Source: an uncultured Bacilli bacterium (GTDB lineage: Bacteria > Bacillota_I > Bacilli_A > RF39 > UBA660). Taken from it: a stretch of 64,000 nt of DNA. The stretch is from positions 15,670-79,669 of the forward strand of contig CANRIB010000003.1 in the NCBI GenBank assembly GCA_947630575.1. Direction: 5' to 3'. Shown here one piece after another: positions 8,323-18,086 of this stretch (its first letter is position 1; every line of letters starts with the position of its first letter). The notes beneath the pieces are model-generated. The model saw only the letters and a program-made list of their open reading frames with translations, searched no databases and was not told the DNA's origin. A program made the position numbers and the translations under genes.

Positions 8323-8970
8323 ATGCCAAATTATAAACAAAAATATTTAAATGCTAAAAATTATGAAGAATTAAAAAATAATGATATTTTTACTAACATA
8401 TTAGCTATGTCATTTATTGAAAAACTTGCTATTATTAAAGAATTAATTAATCGTGGACCTATAACTAGTTTTGATTTCTATAAAATCGAAGCCTTAGCTA
8501 AATATATATCTTTAGAAGATTCCTTTGAAGTCATGATTGCTATCAAATATACTATCCGTGAAATAAAAAAATATGAATATCTAATAAATTCTAAAGACTA
8601 CCAACAATTATTTAAAAGCCTAGTCGCTTATTATCAAGAAATGGAACAAAATATTGATATTAAAAAATCTCGTAATTGGTATTATAATTTAACTCGTATA
8701 ACTAATAATTATCATGAAGCCCAATCTCTTTATACCAAAGAAAACAATCAAGAAGGATTAATTAAAATATCTAAAACCTATGATTTAGCCATTTTATTAA
8801 TTAAAGAAGCTAAAACTGATTTATATTTTCCTGAAATAATTGTTGAATTAACTAACTTAACTTTTACTAATCATGAATATGATAATGAGCTTATTTCTAA
8901 AATTGCTATATATTTAGGAAAAGAATCATTAATAAATAAACCAAATAAAAAAATATTAAACAAAGTATAA
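8323..8970 (+). CDS. hypothetical protein (215 aa)
   Basis: ORF with AGGAGGG RBS, 10 nt after the rnj stop. No motif recognised. Confidence 0.5.
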   Translation: MPNYKQKYLNAKNYEELKNNDIFTNILAMSFIEKLAIIKELINRGPITSFDFYKIEALAKYISLEDSFEVMIAIKYTIREIKKYEYLINSKDYQQLFKSLVAYYQEMEQNIDIKKSRNWYYNLTRITNNYHEAQSLYTKENNQEGLIKISKTYDLAILLIKEAKTDLYFPEIIVELTNLTFTNHEYDNELISKIAIYLGKESLINKPNKKILNKV

Positions 8971-9012
8971 AAAATTCTAAAATCACTCATAATATAAATG
9001 GGTGAATTTTTA

Positions 9013-9453
9013 ATGAAAGAAAATGAAAATATTAAATTTTTAAATTTAATTTATCAAAATGCGGAAATGGGCTTATTAGGTATTGACTGTGTTTTAGACA
9101 AAGTAGAAGATAAAGAAATTTTAAAAATAATTAAAGAACAAAGAAAAGAATATGAAGAGTTTTGTAATGATGCTGAAGCTATACTAGCTAAATATGGTGA
9201 TAAAGAAGAAGAAATTAGTGCCATTAAAAAATTATCTAGCCGTCTTATGAGTGAAATGATGACTATTAATAAAGAAGATAAAAATATTGTTAAACTTATG
9301 ATGGAAGGAAATGAAAAAGGGGTAATAGCTATCAAAGAAAAACTTAACATGTATAAAAATAGAGATGACATAGACCCTGAGATAATAAAACTTGCTGAAA
9401 GGTTATACGCGACTGAAGAACATAATAGAGAAGAATTTGAATCTTACTTATAA
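9013..9453 (+). CDS. hypothetical acidic helical protein
   Basis: Track ORF, with ATG 9013 preferred because of the GGGTGA RBS. No family recognised. Confidence 0.45.
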   Translation: MKENENIKFLNLIYQNAEMGLLGIDCVLDKVEDKEILKIIKEQRKEYEEFCNDAEAILAKYGDKEEEISAIKKLSSRLMSEMMTINKEDKNIVKLMMEGNEKGVIAIKEKLNMYKNRDDIDPEIIKLAERLYATEEHNREEFESYL

Positions 9454-9580
9454 AAGTTTAGATTCTTTTTTTATATTAAAAAAGAGGCTTCATAAATGAC
9501 TTTTCTTTCTTTGTTAAAATTTAATAAAAGATTGATTTTTAATTTATTTTTAGATATAATTATTAATTGTAGGAGGGTAT

Positions 9581-10213
9581 ATGAAGAAAGTATTCCTACT
9601 AAGTATTATTCTTGTTTTATTAACAGGATGTACTAGTATTAAAAGCGATAATTTAGATAATATTATTAATAAAGCCTTAAACAGTACTTTAGTTACAAGA
9701 AATACTAACCGTGTAGGTTATCGTTATTATCTTCCTAAAGGTTTAAGTATAAGATATAGTGATAATTATAATGAAATATTTACCAGTGAAAAATATACTT
9801 ATTATTTATATGTAGATATAGTAAGTTATAACAGTAAAATTGAATATACATATAATAAGAATAATAATGCTTATTATTCTCGCACTCTCACTTTAGACGA
9901 CAAAAAAGGCTATATTGAAATAAATAATTATAAAAATAATCAATATTTGATTGAAATTATGTATAATTATGCTAAAATAGAAGTAATAGTATATGAGAGT
10001 GATATTAATAGTAGTGTTCTTTATGCTATGTCAGTTTTATCATCTATAATGTATAATGACAATGTCATTGAAAGTTATCTAAAAATAGATGACATGGAAG
10101 AAGTCGAAGAAAGTTTTAATATATTTGAAATCACCGGCAGTGATAATTATTTAGAATTTGCTACTGATGAAGAAACAAATGATGAAAAAAATGACCCGGA
10201 TTATATAAAATAG
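9581..10213 (+). CDS. putative lipoprotein
   Basis: Signal peptide with lipobox LLTGC (MKKVFLLSIILVLLTGCTS) and an AGGAGGG RBS. Confidence 0.7.
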   Translation: MKKVFLLSIILVLLTGCTSIKSDNLDNIINKALNSTLVTRNTNRVGYRYYLPKGLSIRYSDNYNEIFTSEKYTYYLYVDIVSYNSKIEYTYNKNNNAYYSRTLTLDDKKGYIEINNYKNNQYLIEIMYNYAKIEVIVYESDINSSVLYAMSVLSSIMYNDNVIESYLKIDDMEEVEESFNIFEITGSDNYLEFATDEETNDEKNDPDYIK

Positions 10214-10228
10214 GAAGGTGTTAGTACT

Positions 10229-11176
10229 ATGGGCTTAATGAATAAACTAAAAAATATTTTATTTGAAGAAGAAGAGGTAGAAATACCCGTTTTAGAAAAG
10301 AAAGAAAAAAAAGCTCCCATCTCAAGAGAAGCTCCCACCTATAAAGAGCCTCCCAAAAGTGAGCCAACATACAATAATAGTTTTTATGATGATTTAAAAC
10401 CTACAATTGAAAAAGAAAGCAGACTTGAAGAAGAAGCCAAAAAATCAAGTCCTATTCCTATTCGTGAAGATGCAAATATTTCTGATCGTGAAATGTTTCG
10501 CAGTGATAAAACATTTAATTTTCCTGCCTTTGATGAAGAGGAATTTGAAAGCATCAAAACTCCTAGAAATACCAATGTAATGGTTCATGAACGTAAAAAA
10601 ATGGAAAAGAAAAATGAATATAAAAGAATCGAGAAAAAAGAAGAAACTAGGGGCGATACAAAATTTAAACCTTCTCCAATTATAAGCCCTGTGTATGGTA
10701 TTTTAGATAAGAATTATACTCCTGAAGAAATTACCAGTAGAACACCTGTCAATAAAAGATTAGATTTAGACAGTGTTCGCAAAAAAGCCTTTGGTAGTCC
10801 TGAAAAAAATGAACCAACTAAAACTAAAGATAATGAAGAAGTTATCATTAAAGATTACCAAGATTATGATGATAAAATATTAGAAGAAAAATTAGAAAAA
10901 GCTCGTACTATTGACGAATTATTAAAAGATAGTAGTGATGATGTAATAACATTAAGAGAAGAAAAAGAAGAAACTACAGAAGAAGTAAATTTAAATACTT
11001 TAGATGATATTAAAGAAGATGAAGAATTAAGTCATGATGTTTTAGAAGATGACGCGATTACATCATTAGATGAACTTACCCCTAAAAAAGATAATAACAT
11101 GGAAGATGATACCTTAGAAAGTGATTTATTTGATTTAATTGATTCCATGTATGAGAATAGAGAGGATGGTGAATAA
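10229..11176 (+). CDS. acidic, low-complexity protein with SepF-like N-terminal amphipathic segment
   Basis: The N-terminus MGLMNKLKNILFEEEE resembles the SepF membrane-targeting helix. The rest is E/K/D-rich, and no SepF core is visible. Confidence 0.4.
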   Translation: MGLMNKLKNILFEEEEVEIPVLEKKEKKAPISREAPTYKEPPKSEPTYNNSFYDDLKPTIEKESRLEEEAKKSSPIPIREDANISDREMFRSDKTFNFPAFDEEEFESIKTPRNTNVMVHERKKMEKKNEYKRIEKKEETRGDTKFKPSPIISPVYGILDKNYTPEEITSRTPVNKRLDLDSVRKKAFGSPEKNEPTKTKDNEEVIIKDYQDYDDKILEEKLEKARTIDELLKDSSDDVITLREEKEETTEEVNLNTLDDIKEDEELSHDVLEDDAITSLDELTPKKDNNMEDDTLESDLFDLIDSMYENREDGE

Positions 11177-11475
11177 TGGATTTTTGGCTATCATTTCTAC
11201 CAATAATAATATATATTTTGTTAATAATTTTATTAGTTGTTGGTATAATATTAGGAATAAAATCTATTATAACGGTTAATAAAGTCGAAAAGGTAGTAGA
11301 TGATGTTAATGAAAAAGTTGAGTCATTAAATGGTTTATTTCAAATTGTTGATTTTACCACTGATAAACTAGTTACAATGACTGACAAAATTGTTGATGTC
11401 GCAGGTGCTATTGCATCGAAGTTATTTTTCCGTAAAAAAGCAAAAAAAATAGAGGAGGAAAAGGGAAATGAGTAA
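11176..11475 (+). CDS. DUF948-like (YtxG-like) membrane protein
   Basis: N-terminal TM then a coiled segment. It is translationally coupled (ATGA overlap) to the upstream gene and overlaps the YtxH-like gene, as in the B. subtilis ytxGH arrangement. Confidence 0.5.
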   Translation: MDFWLSFLPIIIYILLIILLVVGIILGIKSIITVNKVEKVVDDVNEKVESLNGLFQIVDFTTDKLVTMTDKIVDVAGAIASKLFFRKKAKKIEEEKGNE

Positions 11476-11929
11476 AAAGGAAAAAAAAGAAAACAAAAAG
11501 AGTGGTTTAGGTAAATTTTTAGTTGGTGCCGGAATTGGTGTTGGGCTTGGGATTTTATTTGCTCCCAAAAGTGGTAAAGAAACTCGCCAAGATTTAAAAA
11601 ATAAAATGGATGATCTAGTTGCTAAAGCCAAAGAAATCGAAGCCAAAGACATAAAAAATGCTATTGAAGATAAAGTTAATGAAATCAAAGAAGATTTAAA
11701 AGATTTAGATAAAGAAACAGTATCTGCAACAATTAAAGAACAAGCTAAAAAAATTAAAAAGAAAGCTGACGATTTAGTTGACTATGCTGTTAAAAAAGGC
11801 ACTCCTGTAATAGAAGCTGCTGCCAAAGAAGTTAAAGCATCAACCATTAAAACTTTAGAAAGTATTACTTCTAAATTAAAAGATGAACCTGAAAAACCTG
11901 TAAAAAAAACTACTAAAGCTAGTAAATAA
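11468..11929 (+). CDS. YtxH-like protein
   Basis: Contains the YtxH signature GAGIGVGLGILFAPKSGKETRQDLK followed by a K/E-rich helix. Confidence 0.7.
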   Translation: MSKKEKKENKKSGLGKFLVGAGIGVGLGILFAPKSGKETRQDLKNKMDDLVAKAKEIEAKDIKNAIEDKVNEIKEDLKDLDKETVSATIKEQAKKIKKKADDLVDYAVKKGTPVIEAAAKEVKASTIKTLESITSKLKDEPEKPVKKTTKASK

Positions 11930-12078
11930 AAATTATACCTCGTTAAATACTATCGAGGTTTTTATATGGTTCAAAAAAATTAAATTTATTACCAATATTT
12001 TGCACAAAAATAGGCATTTTTCTTGACAATTAATCATATAAAAGATATACTTAACATATAGAAAGTAAGGGTGGTATT

Positions 12079-13971
12079 ATGGAAAAAGAATACAGGGTGA
12101 GTTGGTTAAAAGTCTTCAGTGTTACACTAGTTATATTTATAATAATAGGAATAATATTTTTTATTTATCCCAAAAATAAAAATAAAACTCAGACTGCAAC
12201 AGCAACCTACATAACTAATATTAATTTAATGAAAGAAGCTGGATTTGAATATTTTCAAGGTTCTAATTTGCCAGAAAAAATTGGTTCTTCATATGAAATG
12301 ACTTTAGGCGAAATGATTGATAGCAAACTAGTAATGGAATTTGTTGATGAAAAAGGTAAAAGTTGCAATTTAAATGAAAGCTATATTAAAACTACTAAGA
12401 CTTTAGATAATGAATACGCTATGAAAGTATATCTAAGTTGTGATAGTAAAAGTGATTATATTGTAACATCAATCGCCAATAATGTTGTTTGCACCAATTG
12501 TGAATTAGCCCAAAATGTTGATACATCTACAAATAATGTAACTGATAATTCTTCTGAAGAATATTATGACAATAATTATGATAAAAATGGTAAATATATA
12601 GGTTCAACTAATACAACATCTAGTACAACTAATAATAAAAATACAAGCAGTACCAATAACTATTACTATAATACATATAATTATAATACTAACACTAATA
12701 ACAATACAAATAACAATAATAATTATAATAATTGTAATAATGCTAATTGTTATTGCACTGATAACTGTGAGAGCAATGTTTATTATTCAGTTAATTTTGA
12801 TTCAGCAGGCGGTTCATATGTTGCAAGACAATTAGTAAAAGCGGGAGAAACTGCGGATTATCGTATTACAACTAGAAGTGGCTATGACTTCTTAGGCTGG
12901 TATTTAAATGGTCAAAAATATGACTTTAATACTCCAGTAACTCAAAAAATAACTTTAGTAGCAAAATGGGGCAAAGCCGATACTAATCGTTATCAAGTTA
13001 GATTTAATCCTAACAATGGTGAAAATAGTACAGTTACTACTGTTGAAGATGGCGATACTGTTGGAAGACCAAACAATCCATATCGTAAATGTTATCGTTT
13101 CTTAGGTTGGTATTTAAATGGTGTCAAATATGATTTTAGTCGACCTGTATATGGTGATATTGTTTTAGAAGCTAAATGGGAAGACGATGGTACATGTCAT
13201 AATAAAACATACACAGTTAAATTTAACAGTGAAGGTGGTTCAAGTGTTAAAACTCAAACTGTAAATGAAGGAGAAAGAGCATATAAACCAAGCAATCCTA
13301 CCAAAAGTGGTTATACTTTCATTGGTTGGATGGACAAATATGGAAATATCTTCAACTTTAACAATAGAATATATGAAAATACAACTTTATATGCTGAATG
13401 GGAAAAGAACGAAACAAAATATAACAAATATTGTAAAATTAGTGAAGACCGCATTTATTCTACCGGATACGTTGGTAAAGTAGATATTGGCAATGTAACA
13501 TCTAAAAATTTTGCTTATACTTTACAATATTACAAAAATAATGTTACTTCTATGAAAGTAATAGATTATGGAAATATTTCATCTTTACAAGAATACAACA
13601 ATGCTTATAACTATTGGAAAAATAAAGGCAATGGAGTATTATCTATGGTTGGTGGTTCTGGAACCGGAATCGATGCTGGAAGTGGCTCAAGTTTAAAAGC
13701 ACATGCTTTAAAAATTAATAATATGAATCCTACAGTATCATATAGTTATCGCAATGGAAATAATTGGTATTTCAATGTTAATGTCAGATTAAATAATTTA
13801 AATAATATAGTTAATACTACACCATTCTATACAAGTAGCACATATTATGTTTACTTTACTCCATTATATTTTGATATTGAATATACTGATTTAAACAATT
13901 GTGAAACTGATTTAGCAAGTAAATCAAGTAATTATCGTAATTATGAAATAGTTGATACATTTTATCGCTAA
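12079..13971 (+). CDS. membrane-anchored surface protein with three Listeria-Bacteroides (Flg_new / InlB B-type) repeats
   Basis: N-terminal TM, then an N/T/Y low-complexity tract. Three repeats follow the pattern Y.V.F...GG......V..G.....P....GY.F.GW......YDF...V.....L.A.W. Confidence 0.7.
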   Translation: MEKEYRVSWLKVFSVTLVIFIIIGIIFFIYPKNKNKTQTATATYITNINLMKEAGFEYFQGSNLPEKIGSSYEMTLGEMIDSKLVMEFVDEKGKSCNLNESYIKTTKTLDNEYAMKVYLSCDSKSDYIVTSIANNVVCTNCELAQNVDTSTNNVTDNSSEEYYDNNYDKNGKYIGSTNTTSSTTNNKNTSSTNNYYYNTYNYNTNTNNNTNNNNNYNNCNNANCYCTDNCESNVYYSVNFDSAGGSYVARQLVKAGETADYRITTRSGYDFLGWYLNGQKYDFNTPVTQKITLVAKWGKADTNRYQVRFNPNNGENSTVTTVEDGDTVGRPNNPYRKCYRFLGWYLNGVKYDFSRPVYGDIVLEAKWEDDGTCHNKTYTVKFNSEGGSSVKTQTVNEGERAYKPSNPTKSGYTFIGWMDKYGNIFNFNNRIYENTTLYAEWEKNETKYNKYCKISEDRIYSTGYVGKVDIGNVTSKNFAYTLQYYKNNVTSMKVIDYGNISSLQEYNNAYNYWKNKGNGVLSMVGGSGTGIDAGSGSSLKAHALKINNMNPTVSYSYRNGNNWYFNVNVRLNNLNNIVNTTPFYTSSTYYVYFTPLYFDIEYTDLNNCETDLASKSSNYRNYEIVDTFYR

Positions 13972-14100
13972 TTACCAAAAAAGAACTTAAAGCTCTAAAG
14001 CTAACTACTTTAAAAGAGTTCAAATAAAGTTCATAAATAAAGGTGGTATCATAAGTTTTCATCCTTTGTTTATGAACTTTTTATTATAAAGGAGAGTAAA

Positions 14101-15300
14101 ATGGATAATAAAAGAAAATATGCCAAATTTTTAATTGAAGGATGTTTAAATTTAAGTGCTGATGATAAATTATTTATTATATCTTCCACCATCATTAATG
14201 ATTTTACAAACTTAGTTATCGATGAAGCACATAAATTAGGTATTACTAAAATAGAAACCTTAATGACGGAGCCTTTCAAACAAAAAGAATTGTATTTAAA
14301 TAATTCTTATGAAGAAATAATAAACAGTCCTTATTTTTCCAAAGAAAAATACAATAAAATGGCAAAAGAAGGGTACGCCTTTTTAAACTTATTTTCCCCA
14401 ATGCCGGGTTTTTTCGATGAAGTTAATTCAGAATTATTGTCACAAGTAAGTAAATATCAAACTAAAAGCATAAGCTTATACCGTGATTATCAAAATAAAG
14501 GTCTAATAAAATGGAATATTAGTGCTGTTCCCAATAATCTTTGGGCTAAAAGTATTGATAAGCTAAATGGAATAGATGAACTTTGGGATTTAGTTTACAA
14601 TATATGTTTAATTAAAACAGAAAATCCCAAACTGGCATGGCAAGAAAAGATAAATAAACTTCAAAAAAGAGCCAAATATTTAAACAACTTGCAAATAACT
14701 AAACTAGTTTATAAAAATAGTTTAGGAACAGATTTAGAAATAGGATTACCTAAAGGATATTTATTTCAAAGTGCAGAAGGTAAAAATCTTGTAAATATGC
14801 CTACCGAAGAAGTATTTACATCTCCAAATCGTCTTGAAGTAAATGGTAAAGTATATTCTGCTACAGATTTATATTACAATAATAATCTTATATCCAATTT
14901 TTGGTTAGAATTTAAAGATGGTCAAATAATTAATTTTGATGCTGAAAGAGGAAAAGAAATATTAAAAGGCATAATTGAAACAGATGAAGGTTCTCATTAT
15001 CTCGGCGAAGTTGCTTTAGTAGATTATGATTCCCCAATCTCTAATACTAACATAATTTTTAAAAATACTTTATATGATGAAAATGCCTCTTGTCATCTAG
15101 CTATAGGTGAAAGTTTTGCCGAATGTTTACAAAATGGTTTAAACATGAATAATGAAGAACTTTTATATCATGGGTTAAATCAATCAAATGAACACGTTGA
15201 TTTTTTTATCGGTACACCTGATTTAAAAATAAAAGCAGTCTTGCCAAATGGTGAAGATTTAGTTATAATGGAAAATGGAAATTTTGTGGAGGTACAATAA
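14101..15300 (+). CDS. aminopeptidase, M29 (AmpS/PepS) family
   Basis: M29-type blocks are present (EGSHYLGEVALVD, LYDENASCHLAIG, NQSNEHVDFFIG). Confidence 0.8.
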   Translation: MDNKRKYAKFLIEGCLNLSADDKLFIISSTIINDFTNLVIDEAHKLGITKIETLMTEPFKQKELYLNNSYEEIINSPYFSKEKYNKMAKEGYAFLNLFSPMPGFFDEVNSELLSQVSKYQTKSISLYRDYQNKGLIKWNISAVPNNLWAKSIDKLNGIDELWDLVYNICLIKTENPKLAWQEKINKLQKRAKYLNNLQITKLVYKNSLGTDLEIGLPKGYLFQSAEGKNLVNMPTEEVFTSPNRLEVNGKVYSATDLYYNNNLISNFWLEFKDGQIINFDAERGKEILKGIIETDEGSHYLGEVALVDYDSPISNTNIIFKNTLYDENASCHLAIGESFAECLQNGLNMNNEELLYHGLNQSNEHVDFFIGTPDLKIKAVLPNGEDLVIMENGNFVEVQ

Positions 15301-16526
15301 TGAATTTTTTTGAAGATTTAAAATGGCGAGGATTAATAAAAGATATATCAAGTCCTAAAATAGAAGAATTATTAAATAATGGTGGAGTTACCTTTTATAT
15401 AGGTACTGACCCCACTGGAGATTCTCTTCATATAGGACATTTCTCATCCTTTTTAATGGCCGCGAGATTAAAAAAAGCCGGACATAATCCAATTTTATTA
15501 ATTGGGGGAGCAACAGGCCAAATCGGGGACCCTAAACCAACCGCGGAAAGAGCTATGATTACTAAAGAAGAAGTAAATCATAATGTTGAAGCTTTAACTA
15601 ATCAAGTAAAAAAAATATTTGGCTTTGAAATTGTTAATAATTATGATTGGAGTAAAGATATTAATTTTATTGATTATTTAAGAGATTATGGCAAATATTT
15701 TAGTATTAATTATATGTTAGATAAAGATATAATTAAAAGAAGATTAGATGCTGGTATAACTTATACTGAATTTTCTTATATGATTATGCAATCTTTAGAT
15801 TTCTTATGGCTATATCAAAATAAAAACTGTATTATGCAAGTCGCTGGTCAAGACCAATGGGGAAATATAACCGCCGGAATTGATTTAATCCGAAAAAAAA
15901 CGGGCAAAGAAGCCTATGGTTTTACAATGCCTTTAATAACTAAAAAAGACGGCACTAAATTTGGTAAAAGTGAATCTGGAGCAATTTGGTTAGATATTAA
16001 TAAAACATCTAGCTATGAACTATATCAATTCTTCATTAATGTTGAAGATGAAATGGTTATTGATTATCTAAAAAAATTAACCTTCCTTTCTAAAGAAGAA
16101 ATATTAGAACTAGAAAAAATTCATAATGAAAGCCCAGAAAAAAGAATTGCTCACAAAAAATTAGCCGAAGAAGTTATTACTTTCTTGCATGGTCATGAAG
16201 AATACGAAAAAGCTCTAAAAATAAGTGAAAGCTTATTTAGTGAAAAAGTAACAGAGCTATCTAGTACAGACATTATTAATTCCCTAAAAGGAGTACCAAC
16301 AATAGATATAAAGTTAAACCAAAATATTATTGATTTTATAGTTAATTATCATATTTGTTCTAGTAAAAGAGAAGCAAGAGAATTTATAACTGCTGGAGCC
16401 ATCAGTTTAAATAATAAAAAAATAAATGATTTAGATTATAGCATAAATGAAAAAGACACCATAGATAATAAAGTAATAATTATTAAAAAAGGTAAAAAGA
16501 ACTATTATTTAGGACTAATAAAATAG
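15300..16526 (+). CDS. tyrS: tyrosine--tRNA ligase
   Basis: HIGH motif (DSLHIGH), KMSKS-type KFGKS, and a C-terminal S4-like domain. The start overlaps the stop of the aminopeptidase gene. Confidence 0.95.
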   Translation: MNFFEDLKWRGLIKDISSPKIEELLNNGGVTFYIGTDPTGDSLHIGHFSSFLMAARLKKAGHNPILLIGGATGQIGDPKPTAERAMITKEEVNHNVEALTNQVKKIFGFEIVNNYDWSKDINFIDYLRDYGKYFSINYMLDKDIIKRRLDAGITYTEFSYMIMQSLDFLWLYQNKNCIMQVAGQDQWGNITAGIDLIRKKTGKEAYGFTMPLITKKDGTKFGKSESGAIWLDINKTSSYELYQFFINVEDEMVIDYLKKLTFLSKEEILELEKIHNESPEKRIAHKKLAEEVITFLHGHEEYEKALKISESLFSEKVTELSSTDIINSLKGVPTIDIKLNQNIIDFIVNYHICSSKREAREFITAGAISLNNKKINDLDYSINEKDTIDNKVIIIKKGKKNYYLGLIK

Positions 16527-16630
16527 TCTTTTTAAATGTAAATTAGAAGTAAAATAAAAAAAGCAATAATTTAATTAATTGTAAAAAATTAAAAAATATG
16601 CTTAAATAAAAATGAAAAGAGGAAATCAAT

Positions 16631-17362
16631 ATGTCCAATAAAAGTAAATATATGATTATAGCAATATGGGTTATTATATCCCTTTTTCTCCTAAGTGGGG
16701 CAGTTTATTTACTAATTAAAAATATCCCTAAAGAAAAAGAATCAGATAATGAAGAATCAAAAATTACTATCACCGGAAGTGAACTTAATAATTATTTAAA
16801 GTATATCCCTAAAATAAGTACTGATTATGAAGGTAATCTCTTTTATTCTCATAATAAAAGAACTATTAATGATATAGCAGAAGAAGATTTAGTTGGCACT
16901 GCTCTAAGAACTAAAGTTAATGGCACAATGGAGTTAAATACCGAAGTTGCAACTAAAGAAGAAATAGACGAATTAATTAAAAAAATGTACAATAAAAATA
17001 TTGAGTCTAATAACTTAGAATTTATTACTGATGGCATAAATATATATGATTTAAAAAATAATAAATATATAACAATAAACTATACTAATTATCCTCAATA
17101 TTATGAAGTTATTACTAAACATGAAATTAATAAAGAAGAATTAATAATATATACTCATGTTGCTATGAAGTATCCTAATGATAATTCACTTTATGCCCCA
17201 GCTGGAAACATAATAAAAGAATTTACTAATGCAAATAAAGAGGAATTGGTAAAATACATTAAAGAGCATAAAGAAGAATTTACTTTATATAAACATACTT
17301 ATCAAAAAAATGATACAGGCTATTCATGGTATTCTACTGAAAACATAACTAATAACAATTAA
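16631..17362 (+). CDS. membrane-anchored hypothetical protein
   Basis: N-terminal TM (YMIIAIWVIISLFLLSGAVYLLI). No motif recognised. Confidence 0.5.
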   Translation: MSNKSKYMIIAIWVIISLFLLSGAVYLLIKNIPKEKESDNEESKITITGSELNNYLKYIPKISTDYEGNLFYSHNKRTINDIAEEDLVGTALRTKVNGTMELNTEVATKEEIDELIKKMYNKNIESNNLEFITDGINIYDLKNNKYITINYTNYPQYYEVITKHEINKEELIIYTHVAMKYPNDNSLYAPAGNIIKEFTNANKEELVKYIKEHKEEFTLYKHTYQKNDTGYSWYSTENITNNN

Positions 17363-17448
17363 AATAAGAAAGTTTTAATGTTCAAAAATATTTAATAAAA
17401 GAGTAATATTTAACTTGCAATAATTAAAAAATTTGTTATAATAATTAT

Positions 17449-17547
17449 ACCAATTCACTTAAACAAGGCGAATTGGTGCTAGTATCACACTAGTCAACCC
17501 CTTTTTATTCTTTTTGAGGCTATCTTGATTGATAGCTTCTTTTTTTA
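17449..17547 (+). ncRNA. candidate small RNA (about 100 nt) with its own promoter and terminator
   Basis: Promoter is TTGCAA (17415-17420), 16 nt, then extended -10 TGtTATAAT (17434-17442). Two hairpins follow (ccaattc...gaattgg and ctagt...actag), then an intrinsic terminator at 17516-17547 (gaggctatc/gatagcttc + T7). No ORF is present. Confidence 0.3.
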
Positions 17548-17696
17548 CCCAAAAAAACTCCTGAGCAAAAATATGAAAAAGAGTATTAATAGAGTTTAAG
17601 AATATTAATCTTTGGTATATAAATCCTGCATAAAAATAGGTATAAGTCTATATCACTTTTAGTTATTCGCATATCTTAAATTAAGAGGTGAAACAA

Positions 17697-17954
17697 ATGA
17701 ATTATCAAAATATTTATCCCTATAATAATAGGCCAATTGGAGTTCAAGGAGGCGAAAGACAATTCTTTTTTCCATTTTTAACAGGTGCTCTTGTTGGAGG
17801 TGCTGCAGTAGGTTTAACAAGACCTCGTCCAATCTACAATGTTGCTCCTAATCCTGGACAAGGTGGACCTGGACCAAGACCACCATACTATGCCCCAGGA
17901 TCTCCATATTCTTATTATTCATACGGAGGATATATTCCCGGCCCATACCGTTAA
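17697..17954 (+). CDS. small Gly/Pro/Tyr-rich protein (possible spore-coat-like)
   Basis: ATG 17697 follows an AGAGGTG RBS. Low-complexity G/P/Y composition (PGQGGPGPRPPYYAPGSPYSYYSYGGYIPGPYR), with a terminator at 17963-17986. Confidence 0.45.
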   Translation: MNYQNIYPYNNRPIGVQGGERQFFFPFLTGALVGGAAVGLTRPRPIYNVAPNPGQGGPGPRPPYYAPGSPYSYYSYGGYIPGPYR

Positions 17955-18086
17955 TTAAAATTTCTATCTTTAGATAGATTTTTTAATACTTTTATGTCGA
18001 AAAAAGAGAAGTTTTGATATGTTTTGTCGAACTCGTTGAAATCTCCTTTTTAAAGTGTTAATATACAACACTCGAAAGGAGAAATT

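Noticed and set aside
7823-11688. Shadow ORFs on the minus strand: 7823..8173, 9054..9371, 10384..10575 and 11422..11688.
   Set aside because: Each lies wholly within a longer plus-strand ORF that has an RBS and/or family motifs. They are Ser/Leu/Ile-rich mirror frames of Glu/Lys-rich coding sequence.
12560-12780. Highly repetitive AAT/ACT/TAT-rich stretch that superficially resembles a repeat array.
   Set aside because: It lies in frame inside the 630-aa surface-protein ORF and encodes an N/T/Y low-complexity linker. It has no repeat-spacer periodicity, and no CRISPR array is present anywhere in the window.
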